64,000 nt of DNA, from NCBI GenBank assembly GCA_949292335.1, contig CASEYY010000040.1, positions 4,885 to 68,884 of the forward strand, read 5' to 3'. Every line of letters starts with the position of its first letter. The first letter of the stretch is position 1. The notes beneath the pieces were generated by a model. It was given only the letters and a program-made list of their open reading frames with translations. It made no database searches and was not told the origin of the DNA. Shown in pieces: positions 1-9,729 of the stretch. This DNA is from an uncultured Pseudomonadota bacterium. Lineage in GTDB: Bacteria; Pseudomonadota; Alphaproteobacteria; RF32; CAG-239. The translations under genes were made by a program, and so were the position numbers.

Positions 1-1549
1 TGAATTGCTCATAAGTCGCGCGCTCTATTTTGGGCATCCTTTTCATATATTCCGCCGGCGACACGCCCATTTCCTGACTTCCCCAAAGCGCTATGCCCTG
101 CCATATCTTTGCGTCCGCACTTGCAACATTATCGGCAACGCCCACTTCCTTGAGCTGGTTATAAACATTTGTATAAACATCTTCCAGTTCTTGTTTGGTT
201 TGCAATGCTCTGCGCACTTCTTCCGTATTTCCGTTTTCTTTAGCAAAGGCATTAATATCGTTTATCGTGTTCTGCAAATTCTTCTGAAATACGGTATTAA
301 AAGCCTCAGGGTGCTGTTTTAGTTTCATCTCGGTAGCGCGGCGGTATTTCTCAACCTCCGCCTCTTTAGCGCCCAGCTCAACAGCTCTTTGCTTGGCTCT
401 TTCATAATTTCTGTTGGCATAATAGGCTGATACCGCCGACGCTCCGCCCATGGCTGCCGCGCCGCCAAGCGCGCCTATCATCGATTCAACAACGCCCTCA
501 AACAAATCCTGCTCGGCGTCAATTCCGATTTTTCTGACCAGATTTTCCGCAAATGTTTGTTGTAATCCTTCGGTTATAGGCTCTTTTATGGCTGCCTTGG
601 CTATTTCTTTGCCAACTTCTTTTGCGGTTAATCTGGCACCGGTAGCAATATTTTCCGGCAGCGGTGCAAACCAGCGGTCAATCATATAAGTTGTTGACGC
701 ATTGAGCGCCGCCAGAGTATTTGCTTTTTCCTGGTCGCCGTCTTTTTCCAGGCTTTCTTTAAATACGGCGGCACCGCCTGCCCCTGCCATAAACCCGTAT
801 GCCGCTTTTGTGCCAAACAGCCGCGCCATTGTTGCCATGGTCAAACCTTGACCGACGCCATGCCCTGCCACGCTGCCGATTTGCCCTAATGATAATCGTC
901 CGCTTGAGGTTTCGCCGGATTTTGATTTAAGCAAATCAATATCGCCCATATAAGTCGACACATTATTAAACATATCCGAAAGCCCCAAAAAGCTCTCAGC
1001 CATATCATTGGTGCTTTTATTGTCGTGGTCTTGCATATTCTTGCCCAACCAATAAAAGATATCCGACGCCATTTTGGGCGTATTTGAGACAATTTCGCTT
1101 GCCGCGCCTTTGACCGCTTCTTTGGTAAAAGCGCCCCAGGTATCATTCGGGTCGGGTGTCGTAAATTCATAAAGTTCTTGCTCTTGTTGTCTTGTATCCA
1201 TAGCCTGGCTCATATTCCGCAAATTTTCCCCTACGGCAGCGCCGGCTCTCAATATTGTTTTGGGAATTTCTGCACTGTACTCACCGATTGTTCCGGCGTT
1301 TGTTACCAGACTTTTACCCATATTATAAGCCAGATTATACGGCGCTTCTAAAGCCGTGTTTTTGGTCATACCTGACCAACCAACCATTCCGGCAACCGAG
1401 TTAACAACATTGAGTAATGCTCTCTGCGGATTACACGAATTTGATATATTGCGTCCTTTTACTTTGGTTAAGTCCGGCTGTGCCACATCAACCAGCTCAA
1501 AAGCCGGTCTTTCTTCTTTTTCCGGTTTTACATCTACAAGTTTAATCAT
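1..1549 (-). CDS. Large phage internal virion/ejection-type protein; C-terminal part runs off the window
   Basis: My own translation of the minus strand from ATG 1549 (directly after the TAG of the upstream gene) stays open to position 1. The product is Gly/Ala-rich and is the last gene seen in the late operon. It is absent from the ORF track because it is truncated. Confidence 0.5.
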   Translation of the reverse strand, partial: MIKLVDVKPEKEERPAFELVDVAQPDLTKVKGRNISNSCNPQRALLNVVNSVAGMVGWSGMTKNTALEAPYNLAYNMGKSLVTNAGTIGEYSAEIPKTILRAGAAVGENLRNMSQAMDTRQQEQELYEFTTPDPNDTWGAFTKEAVKGAASEIVSNTPKMASDIFYWLGKNMQDHDNKSTNDMAESFLGLSDMFNNVSTYMGDIDLLKSKSGETSSGRLSLGQIGSVAGHGVGQGLTMATMARLFGTKAAYGFMAGAGGAAVFKESLEKDGDQEKANTLAALNASTTYMIDRWFAPLPENIATGARLTAKEVGKEIAKAAIKEPITEGLQQTFAENLVRKIGIDAEQDLFEGVVESMIGALGGAAAMGGASAVSAYYANRNYERAKQRAVELGAKEAEVEKYRRATEMKLKQHPEAFNTVFQKNLQNTINDINAFAKENGNTEEVRRALQTKQELEDVYTNVYNQLKEVGVADNVASADAKIWQGIALWGSQEMGVSPAEYMKRMPKIERATYEQF

Positions 1550-2974
1550 CTATTTAATCTCTTTCAAAACCCCGCCGACATAAATTTGGTCGCCCTGTTT
1601 TATTTCGCCGCGCAAATAAGCGTCTTCAACCTCGGCCACGCTGTCAAATGCCGGCAAATTAAGCATATTGCCGTTAGCCATATCAATTAATCCCTGCAAA
1701 ACAGCTTTCTTTTGGTCGCTATCATATTCTTTGCTGTCGTTTATCTGGCGAAAATAATCAAGCATAATCCGGTTATTGTCGGCACCCGAGTAGTTTTCTT
1801 TAATAAACTCATCGGCGTCTTTATAAGAAAAGTCCCAAAATCGCCAGCTGTCAGTTCCTTTTAGTTCTTCAAGATTAGCCCCTTGTTTTTTATAAATCGT
1901 GCTTACCAATCGCTTTTTATCCGCCAAAGACAAATAGCCGGAGGCATACTCGTTTTCTATCTTGGTCAAAATATTGTTTGTCTGTTTGTAATATTCTTCA
2001 ATCTCTGACGAATCCGTTGGCAATGCAGCAATATCAAGCATAATCTCGGTCGCCGTCGAGGCTCTGGTTTCGGCGTTAATACCTTTGTCAGAGAGCAAAG
2101 CCTTTTGTCTTGCCTTAAAAAATTTAGAGCTGACATTGTTTTCGTTTTCTTCCAACAGCCGCAAGGCTTCATCTGTCGGCAAGTCGTCAAGTTTCGTCGC
2201 TAATTTTTGCTCGGCCAGAAATTCATTGGTCTTCATTTGAAAATCGCGCATTTTTATTTGTTTATTAACGATTTTCGTCATCATATCCTGCGCGCCGTCA
2301 GACTTTAGCGAGGCCGCTATTTCCGGCTGTTTTAACGCTTCAAGCGCAGCTTGGGGATTAACTTCGGCTAGCCCGTTGATATAACTTTGCATAAATTGTT
2401 CTTCATAATCGACTAAAAGCTTCCTGGCGTCAGTTTCACCCATATTTTTGGCGGCATAACTGTATAGTTGATTATAAGAATTGGCGTAGTCGGCAACGGC
2501 GCTCCCAATATCACCGCGCATACCGGCAGACCTCGCCAGGCTCAAATTAGCATTGATATTCTCGGCCACATCAACTTTGGCGTTTTCCGCCCGCTGCTTA
2601 AAAGCCCAGTCGTTGTTCGATATATCATAACCAGATGCCAGCTTATTGGCCGAGCGCTCCCATTCCAGTTTGGCAATCGGGTCAATTTCCGCGCCAAATC
2701 TGTTTAAGACGTTGCGCATATCCTGCTGTAATTTTAACTTGGCGTCAGGGTTGTCAGGGTTTCCCTGATTATCCAGCCTGTATTGATTATTAATATTGTC
2801 GAGCTCAATCCTGGCCTTGGTTAAATTGGTGTCGATTTTAACCTTTTGCTGGTCAAGAAGCGTTTGTTTATACTCTTGCGCCGCCGGTAAAAGAGCGCCG
2901 GCATAAGCGCCGAGAGTATTAACCTTTTTGACTGTATTATAAAATTGTCTTTCTGTGGTGGGGATTCTGACCAT
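1550..2974 (-). CDS. Phage internal virion/ejection protein (function assigned by position only)
   Basis: 474-aa ORF with abutting stop/start codons linking it to both neighbours. It lies downstream of the tail tubular-like genes, as T7 gp14-16 do. Confidence 0.4.
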   Translation of the reverse strand: MVRIPTTERQFYNTVKKVNTLGAYAGALLPAAQEYKQTLLDQQKVKIDTNLTKARIELDNINNQYRLDNQGNPDNPDAKLKLQQDMRNVLNRFGAEIDPIAKLEWERSANKLASGYDISNNDWAFKQRAENAKVDVAENINANLSLARSAGMRGDIGSAVADYANSYNQLYSYAAKNMGETDARKLLVDYEEQFMQSYINGLAEVNPQAALEALKQPEIAASLKSDGAQDMMTKIVNKQIKMRDFQMKTNEFLAEQKLATKLDDLPTDEALRLLEENENNVSSKFFKARQKALLSDKGINAETRASTATEIMLDIAALPTDSSEIEEYYKQTNNILTKIENEYASGYLSLADKKRLVSTIYKKQGANLEELKGTDSWRFWDFSYKDADEFIKENYSGADNNRIMLDYFRQINDSKEYDSDQKKAVLQGLIDMANGNMLNLPAFDSVAEVEDAYLRGEIKQGDQIYVGGVLKEIK

Positions 2975-3447
2975 TATTTAACTCTCCAGGTATTCATGCC
3001 TTGATAAACACCGTTAATCGTCGCTGTTGAGCTTCCGCCGCCCGCCTCAACGACGCCGCTGCCAAACAAACCACTACCAGAGCCTCCGGCGCCTCCGGCC
3101 AAAGCGCTCGCGCCGGTTTTGGCAATGTTGCCGATAAGATTGGCTCTTGCCTGCGTCATAATGTTTTTTGAGCTCTGATTATAAGCCGATTTAATCTCGT
3201 TAATATCTTCAAGCCCCGTATTGTAAGTGTCATTAATCACAGCTTGCGGCGTGCCCTCAAGCTCCAATCCCGCCTGCAAATAAGACACCCTTTGTTTGGC
3301 CGCCATTCTTTTTATCTCATCAGCGCGGTTTTGTGCCGCAATCGCGCCTTGCTTAGCCGTTTGACGAGCTTCGCTTTTCGATTGGTTAAACTTTCCTACC
3401 GCCGAGGCTAAACTCAACCCCGCAATAACCGCTGTTGCAACACCCAT
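2974..3447 (-). CDS. Small phage virion protein with a hydrophobic N-terminus and Gly-rich C-terminus
   Basis: 157-aa ORF with N-terminal MGVATAVIAGLSLASAV and a GGAGGSGSGLFGSG tail. It is coupled to flanking genes by overlapping start/stop codons. Confidence 0.4.
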   Translation of the reverse strand: MGVATAVIAGLSLASAVGKFNQSKSEARQTAKQGAIAAQNRADEIKRMAAKQRVSYLQAGLELEGTPQAVINDTYNTGLEDINEIKSAYNQSSKNIMTQARANLIGNIAKTGASALAGGAGGSGSGLFGSGVVEAGGGSSTATINGVYQGMNTWRVK

Positions 3448-3448
3448 T

Positions 3449-3874
3449 TCACATTCTCCATAAAATAAAATCTTTGCCCTTGTAATATTCCGGCAGCTTT
3501 TCTATCATCTTAAATCCCAAAAACTCGTGCCATTTGTTCAAATCCGGCGCGTCCTCGCTTATGGTTTCAACTTCTTTGGCGCCGTATTGATATTTAACAC
3601 AGCCGATTAAATACCGCATCTTCACGGCATATTTCGGATTGTTACCGAACTTGTCCGAAGCAATAATCATCCCATAATAGCAATCCGGTCTCGTTTCCCA
3701 AAAGCACAATATCGCTACCGGCTCGTTGATTTTGGTATCAAACAGGGTATAGGAATACCTTTCGGCTAATATTTTTTTCAAAACCGCCAGTTTGCGCTTG
3801 CTTTTATACGGCCATGCCCATTTATTAAACCGCATTTCAATATCTTGCGGCTCATAATGATAAATTTCTATCAT
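3449..3874 (-). CDS. Hypothetical phage protein, possibly GNAT-like fold
   Basis: 141-aa ORF that overlaps the upstream gene by 4 nt. The C-terminal HEFLGFK-type segment is reminiscent of acetyltransferases; this is a weak call. Confidence 0.3.
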   Translation of the reverse strand: MIEIYHYEPQDIEMRFNKWAWPYKSKRKLAVLKKILAERYSYTLFDTKINEPVAILCFWETRPDCYYGMIIASDKFGNNPKYAVKMRYLIGCVKYQYGAKEVETISEDAPDLNKWHEFLGFKMIEKLPEYYKGKDFILWRM

Positions 3875-5889
3875 GCCCCGAACTCTATATTGTATTGAAT
3901 CATTGTTAAGTTCATCGGCAGCGGCAAATCCTGCGTTAAGAATATGTATTTTTCCTCGGACGCCGTGTCCGAAACCTGGCGTTTCTCGTCGCCGTCCATC
4001 GGCAGCGGCGGCAAATCCATAAATCCCTGCGGCGCAAAATACTGCACAACAAACATATCATTAACATCTGTGCCGATATTAACCCCTGCCGAATAAACAA
4101 ATCGCAAAATAAACTCCGCCACTCTTTTGCGCACGGTTTGCAGGTTTTTACCGTTGGCAGAAAAGCCCAGATTAAAGGTTTTTAACAGCCCCTCATATCC
4201 ATAACCGACAACACAAGAAGTCATTTCACGGTCAAAATTCAATGTCCCGTCGGTTACGGTAAAAGTATTTAAATAACCGCCGTCAGACACCACCATTACC
4301 GTCTGTCCCTCAAAATCGTCCAGTCCGGTTATTTGGTTAAAGCTTATATACCAGCTGCTCCACACACTCGGGTTATATCCGTTTGAGGCTACGTTTACTT
4401 TAACCTGAGTTGCCGAGATATACTCGGTTATCTCAAAATAACCGTATTCGGCGCCGGTTTCGGTCTTGTAAACAATATAATGCCCGACATGATTTTCGGC
4501 AAAAACAGCATTTTGCGCGGTTATCGTATCTGTGCCGTCAAAAGTTATCTGGTTGTTTTGCAACGCCGCAAACCGGCTCGAGCCGTCCAGAAAATTGCAT
4601 TCTTTAAGCTGTTCGGCAATCAACCGGTTATAATATTCCTTTTTAGGGTCGTTTTTGAAGTTTAATGTTTCATAAAATCCGGTAAATTCAACTTCATCGG
4701 CCATTTTTTCAATATAATAAACGCCGTTTCGCAACACTTCCAAAAACAAATCATCTTTACCGTCTGGTCTGGTTACCGTGCAAATATCAATAATTTTACC
4801 GTTTGTTTCCAGCGGAAACCAGCCGTTAATACTCTCGCTTGATTTGTATAACAGCGCAATCGCTTTGCCGTTTTCCAAAAGGCAGTAAATAATATTGTTA
4901 TCATCTCTTTTATAATAAATTTTCTTTAATCTGCCGCGTGTTACTTCCTGCGCCAGCATATTCAGGTCATTTGATAAAAACTTCTCGGTCAAAAGGTCAT
5001 AATCAAACATATAGACTTTTCTTTTATCGTTTGATACATAAAAAACCTGACTGTCTTTTTGCGTCGGCGTGGCCGATGCCGCCCCCTCTTTATTGGCCAA
5101 ATCGGCATTAACTTCCGTTGCGGTAATCGGCACATCATAGCCGCCGCCGTTAATTAAGCATATCCCCTCGGGGTTGCCCACATACAGATTATTCTTGCCG
5201 CCCATCAGCCACTCAATAGGGTCGGTAATCTCTGATAACGTCAGGCTTAACGGGTCGTCATCATCAATATTGGATGTCGGCACCGTAAAGTTTCCGTATT
5301 CGGCAACCTCCGAGCCGCGCACGGTCAGGGGTTTATTGGCAAATCCGCCAAACCACAGCCGCCCGCCATAAAAAGCTACCGCCGACGGATAACCGTCAGT
5401 GTCATAATCCATGCCCGTCGGGTTGGCGTTTTCAATGGTAAAACTTGTCGCCGATGCCCTTTTCAAAACACGCGGCATCATCCCCGGCGATGTCATATAC
5501 ATAGCGTCGGCGTTTTGCGCCTTTTGCAGCTTCTTGGCCTGCGCCAAAGTTATGTCTGTGTCAAGCTCGATAATATTGTTTTCATCATCAACCACATAGC
5601 CGAAGTTGCCATTGGCGTCATAGGTATAAAATCTTAAAATCCCCTCGGTAAACTCCAGCAAATAAGACTGCTCGGTATTAAACCGAAATTCCATTAAAAC
5701 CGCTTCCTGATTGTTTTTGGTTTTGGCGGTATACTCCATGCCGGTGCGAAACTTAACATTTCCTTTATAATTGGATATAAAATTGCGGCAAACTTCAAAA
5801 CCGTTAAAGTAAAACGGGAGTTCAAACCGTCCGTTAAGGTCATGGTCAAGCTGGCCTCGGGTAAAGTTATTTATAACAAGCTGCGGCAT
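3871..5889 (-). CDS. Podovirus tail tubular/nozzle protein B-like
   Basis: 672-aa ORF directly after a ~200-aa adaptor-like ORF and before the internal virion proteins. Size and order match the gp11/gp12 arrangement. Confidence 0.45.
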   Translation of the reverse strand: MPQLVINNFTRGQLDHDLNGRFELPFYFNGFEVCRNFISNYKGNVKFRTGMEYTAKTKNNQEAVLMEFRFNTEQSYLLEFTEGILRFYTYDANGNFGYVVDDENNIIELDTDITLAQAKKLQKAQNADAMYMTSPGMMPRVLKRASATSFTIENANPTGMDYDTDGYPSAVAFYGGRLWFGGFANKPLTVRGSEVAEYGNFTVPTSNIDDDDPLSLTLSEITDPIEWLMGGKNNLYVGNPEGICLINGGGYDVPITATEVNADLANKEGAASATPTQKDSQVFYVSNDKRKVYMFDYDLLTEKFLSNDLNMLAQEVTRGRLKKIYYKRDDNNIIYCLLENGKAIALLYKSSESINGWFPLETNGKIIDICTVTRPDGKDDLFLEVLRNGVYYIEKMADEVEFTGFYETLNFKNDPKKEYYNRLIAEQLKECNFLDGSSRFAALQNNQITFDGTDTITAQNAVFAENHVGHYIVYKTETGAEYGYFEITEYISATQVKVNVASNGYNPSVWSSWYISFNQITGLDDFEGQTVMVVSDGGYLNTFTVTDGTLNFDREMTSCVVGYGYEGLLKTFNLGFSANGKNLQTVRKRVAEFILRFVYSAGVNIGTDVNDMFVVQYFAPQGFMDLPPLPMDGDEKRQVSDTASEEKYIFLTQDLPLPMNLTMIQYNIEFGA

Positions 5890-6501
5890 TTAGGCTTTCC
5901 TCCCCATCGGCCATAATCCGGCTCTTGCGCGCATCAGCCCTGAGCGCTCAATTCTTATGGGTTTGTTTTCCTGAGCGTCCACACCGCAATACTGCGCAAC
6001 CTTAAGCGGTAAAATCTGTGATATCTGCGCAAACTTATTGTCATTTTCGGTCAGTTCAATACAAATATTATAAGCCAAATACCATGACATGAGGTCAATA
6101 AAATCCGGCGTGTATTTACTCGGATCATCAATATCCGCTACATATCTGACCGGTAAGCCGTTTTCGTATTCTCTATTTGTCAGCAAATGACCGTCTTCAA
6201 CGGCATAATCATTGTCTTTTTCATACAAATTGCCAAGCCCGAGTATTTTAAGGCAACCGTTTTTATACAAATAAGCGTATTTATAACCAAATGCCGGCTC
6301 ATAATTATTGTCAAGCGGCCAAATTTCTCTTTTTCTGGCAAAAGACGGCATCATGTGCCGCAAAGCCGTCTGTCTCGACACGTCATACCATTTTGCGCAA
6401 ACAATTTCGACCTGCTTTTCGGGTATTTCTATGTTTTCAACCGAGCTTTTATCGCCCAAGTGGGAAAGTGCCAAATTACAAATATCTGTCGCAACCGTCA
6501 T
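5890..6501 (-). CDS. Tail tubular protein A / head-tail adaptor-like
   Basis: 203-aa ORF abutting the nozzle-like gene. Assigned by position after the capsid module. Confidence 0.4.
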   Translation of the reverse strand: MTVATDICNLALSHLGDKSSVENIEIPEKQVEIVCAKWYDVSRQTALRHMMPSFARKREIWPLDNNYEPAFGYKYAYLYKNGCLKILGLGNLYEKDNDYAVEDGHLLTNREYENGLPVRYVADIDDPSKYTPDFIDLMSWYLAYNICIELTENDNKFAQISQILPLKVAQYCGVDAQENKPIRIERSGLMRARAGLWPMGRKA

Positions 6502-6552
6502 TTTGAATCTTTCAAAAAAAGAGGGCAGGCTTAAAAACCCTGCCCCGCTGCT

Positions 6553-7068
6553 TTAAGCCTGTTCAATTAAAATATCGAGTTCGATATTTCCGTTAACAGA
6601 ACCTTTGGCTACCAGCTTGGCGCCGATAGCATAGCCGCCGGAGGGAAACTCTTTAGCCTGAGCCAGAGTCGCCAAATCAGCCGTGTGGTCAAACGATGAA
6701 ATATTAGCGCCGACAATGTCCACATTGTTCATCGCCGTAGCAAAAGACTGTCCGTCAACCAGACAATCCTCATCAATCGCCACATACTCCGTCGCCAAAT
6801 CGGTTGTTTCCTCAGCCGAGATGTTTTTCTGCATCTTGTAAAGGCCGATATCAACCGTGCAACCGGTCAAAGCGCTTGAGCCTTTCGGAAGCATAATGCG
6901 TACCACTCTGGCAGTGGGCGAAATACCTTTAGCCAGAATAATCACGTCGTTATTGGCAGACGAAGCGCCGATGGCAATCTGAGCCTGCACAGTGCGCAAT
7001 TCACGCCCGACCGTAAACATCGGGTCAAGCGGTTTGGCTACTGCATACGGATTTTCATAAGTCGCCAT
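6553..7068 (-). CDS. Head decoration/cement-like protein (by position)
   Basis: 171-aa ORF immediately downstream of the capsid gene. Confidence 0.3.
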   Translation of the reverse strand: MATYENPYAVAKPLDPMFTVGRELRTVQAQIAIGASSANNDVIILAKGISPTARVVRIMLPKGSSALTGCTVDIGLYKMQKNISAEETTDLATEYVAIDEDCLVDGQSFATAMNNVDIVGANISSFDHTADLATLAQAKEFPSGGYAIGAKLVAKGSVNGNIELDILIEQA

Positions 7069-7080
7069 GTTCCTGTCTCC

Positions 7081-8007
7081 TTAAATAGTGGTTTGAACAT
7101 CAATAACGCGGGCGCCCTCAGTCCGCATACCGTTAATCCAAAAGTCAATAGTGAGCTCTTTGGAGTTAACGTGCGTTGCCGACTGTTCAACCGCCAAACG
7201 CGCCAGTTCCATAGACACAGCAACCGAATCCGGCGCCAAAGCCATACAGTGACGAACCGTCGATTCCTCAGGCAGAATCGGGTTGACAACCGTGTTGCCG
7301 CCCGAAACCGAACCGGCAAACAACAGCACATCAAACACGCCGGGGCGTGCAAACCCTTTTTCTACCGGATAACCGGGCATATACAATTGATTGGTGAACT
7401 GTTCTTCATTCATCAGCGAGGTGTTCTCCTTGCCGGTAATCAAGAGCTTGGCATTGTTAATCATATCCATTTGGATATCGGCGTTAACAAAGGTCTGAAT
7501 AATCGAAGTATAAGTCGCATAATTCATACCCGAGGTCGCGTCAACAGTCTGCACGCCGTCATCTTCGGCCGAGAGTAAAGACTGCGGCCCATTCGGCGAG
7601 CCGACCAACACCGGACCAATTGCCGAGGCGCAAATAACGCGGTCAATCACGCGGTTTTTAGCCGCCAGCAAGCTGGTCATGATATAAGACGTCGGGTCGG
7701 TAATCAACTCATTAACGTCATGTTTTTCATCCAACAGAACAGTTGCGGTAAAACGGTTTTTACGCAGCATTCTGTTGTCAACCGAATAATCGGTATACTG
7801 TTTGAGCGGGTTACGTCCGTCGACCTTAACCAGCTCAATTTTGCCCATCCGCGGCAAGGTGTTATATTTGCCGTCAGAGGCCAGATATTTAACAACCCCT
7901 GAAGCTTCCAGTTTGGACTGCTTCTGTTGAGCCAACATCAAAAAATTGCGCTCAAACTGGGTAAGGGCGGCCTGGTCAATACCACCGCTCCCTGCAATTT
8001 CAACCAT
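7081..8007 (-). CDS. Major capsid protein
   Basis: 308-aa ORF after the scaffold gene. Size, position and composition are typical of podovirus HK97-fold coat proteins. Confidence 0.65.
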   Translation of the reverse strand: MVEIAGSGGIDQAALTQFERNFLMLAQQKQSKLEASGVVKYLASDGKYNTLPRMGKIELVKVDGRNPLKQYTDYSVDNRMLRKNRFTATVLLDEKHDVNELITDPTSYIMTSLLAAKNRVIDRVICASAIGPVLVGSPNGPQSLLSAEDDGVQTVDATSGMNYATYTSIIQTFVNADIQMDMINNAKLLITGKENTSLMNEEQFTNQLYMPGYPVEKGFARPGVFDVLLFAGSVSGGNTVVNPILPEESTVRHCMALAPDSVAVSMELARLAVEQSATHVNSKELTIDFWINGMRTEGARVIDVQTTI

Positions 8008-8138
8008 AGTTTAATTCTCCAATAAAAAGTTAACGTTTTTATCGGAAAGTTGTCCTTTTTAGGGATTTTCCTGCCGTTTAGAACCTCCGGCCGAGGTTTT
8101 TAATAAGTGCGGGTCTTAAAAAAAGGTTGTCCGCACTC

Positions 8139-8669
8139 TTAAACTCTTTCGCCGATATCCTGCCCCGAAAGCACCTGTTCGGCGTTGCCTTTATATTCGG
8201 CGCGTTTGGTAACCACATCGGGGATAGAAAAATCAATCGCCGCGGCATAATTAAAGTCTTTTCCGAATACCTGCCCGACAATCTGCGTGCAATACTGTTT
8301 ATAGGCAATCTCTCGCGCACGCCGCAAATCGCCGTCGCGGTAAAGCGGTATTTCGCGCAGGTTGAACATAATTGCCAAATCCTGCAACTCGTCCCAGCTC
8401 AGGCTTTTAATCTTTTTGCCGCAGCATGACGGCTTAATCTCTTTGCCGTCTTTGGCTTTATAATCTTTTTCCACGCTGTCCACATAAAGCGAATGAATTG
8501 AATCAATGCGCTTTTTAAACACTTTTTCCGCCATTCGCGTAAAACAGCGGTTAATACAGTTTGATTTAATCCATTCATCAGGGCAATCCGGCATAATGAT
8601 TTCAAAATTGTCAAAATCATTCATTTCTTTGTTGTTACGGAAAGCGCCGCTGCATTTAACTCTCAACAT
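8139..8669 (-). CDS. Hypothetical Cys-rich phage protein
   Basis: 176-aa ORF between the scaffold and capsid genes, with 9 Cys residues including a CC pair. Confidence 0.4.
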   Translation of the reverse strand: MLRVKCSGAFRNNKEMNDFDNFEIIMPDCPDEWIKSNCINRCFTRMAEKVFKKRIDSIHSLYVDSVEKDYKAKDGKEIKPSCCGKKIKSLSWDELQDLAIMFNLREIPLYRDGDLRRAREIAYKQYCTQIVGQVFGKDFNYAAAIDFSIPDVVTKRAEYKGNAEQVLSGQDIGERV

Positions 8670-8681
8670 CTCACAAGCTCC

Positions 8682-9443
8682 TTATTTGATAATCGGTATA
8701 TTAAATTTAGACTTTAAGGCTTCAATATCCGCCATGGTATGCGGTTTGCGGCTCAGCTCCTCCGCCGCCTTAACATAACCGGAATAATCAGCCTGTCCGG
8801 AAATACCGCCGCCGGTTGATGCCGAAACATCACTGTCATTGGCCGCGTATCTGGTCTGCACCTTGTCAATCAGCCCGAATACAATGCCCAAAACATTATT
8901 CGGCAGAGCATTCAAAAGCTCTTTGTCTTCTCTGGAGCCCTCTTTATTGACAAAATCTACCACAGATTTAATTTTAGCCTCGGCTTTGTCGCCAAAACGC
9001 TCGGTCATCGTCTGTTTATATCCGTCGGCGGAAAACATCGGCGCTTTCACGCGCTCAATGCTTTCTTTATAGCCGTCAACCAGAGCTTTGGCCTGTCTGG
9101 AGCTAATACCGTTGTCATAAAAAAGCTTTTCAAAAAGCTCTTTGTCTTCCCCCTCGAGCTCAATATTGTAATCCTCAGCTTTACCGGGGCGCAGCTTTGA
9201 GTAAAAGTCGGCAATTTCCTGCTCGCTTGATTTGTCGTCAGGTATACCGATTGTCTTTTTACCAATCATCTTTTGCGCGCTGTCAGAGGTCTTCCACAAA
9301 TCGTCATAAGACCTCAAGTTGCGTGTCCAGCCCTCGTTTTTATAAGCGTCGGGCACAAAAAAACCGCCGGAATTGTCGGCGGCGGCGTCAACTGGTTGTG
9401 TCTCTGCACCTGGTGCGGAAACATCAGTATTTACATCTTCCAT
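8682..9443 (-). CDS. Scaffolding protein
   Basis: 253-aa acidic, helix-prone ORF between the portal and capsid genes. Confidence 0.55.
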   Translation of the reverse strand: MEDVNTDVSAPGAETQPVDAAADNSGGFFVPDAYKNEGWTRNLRSYDDLWKTSDSAQKMIGKKTIGIPDDKSSEQEIADFYSKLRPGKAEDYNIELEGEDKELFEKLFYDNGISSRQAKALVDGYKESIERVKAPMFSADGYKQTMTERFGDKAEAKIKSVVDFVNKEGSREDKELLNALPNNVLGIVFGLIDKVQTRYAANDSDVSASTGGGISGQADYSGYVKAAEELSRKPHTMADIEALKSKFNIPIIK

Positions 9444-9444
9444 T

Positions 9445-9729
9445 TTATAATCCCTCTATAATTTGAATAAAGACCTTGCGGTCAACAAGGCCGGTTATAA
9501 ATAAGTTTACAAAGTCTTTCTGCGCTTGCAGTCTTTGTAATTCATCCGCCGACAAGCTTCTGCCCTCGGCCGAGAACATCCGGCAAGCCCTTATCATCTG
9601 TCGGGCAAGCGCTTTTCCGTCTTCTGTCGAAAACACTCTGTTGGCAACCGGCTTAATCTCTTTAAAAAACTCAGCCGCCGCCAATTCTTCTTTTTTACGC
9701 TGCTCAATCAGCTTTTCCCACTCATTCAT
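9445..9729 (-). CDS. Hypothetical phage protein
   Basis: 94-aa ORF that overlaps the portal stop. Confidence 0.4.
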   Translation of the reverse strand: MNEWEKLIEQRKKEELAAAEFFKEIKPVANRVFSTEDGKALARQMIRACRMFSAEGRSLSADELQRLQAQKDFVNLFITGLVDRKVFIQIIEGL

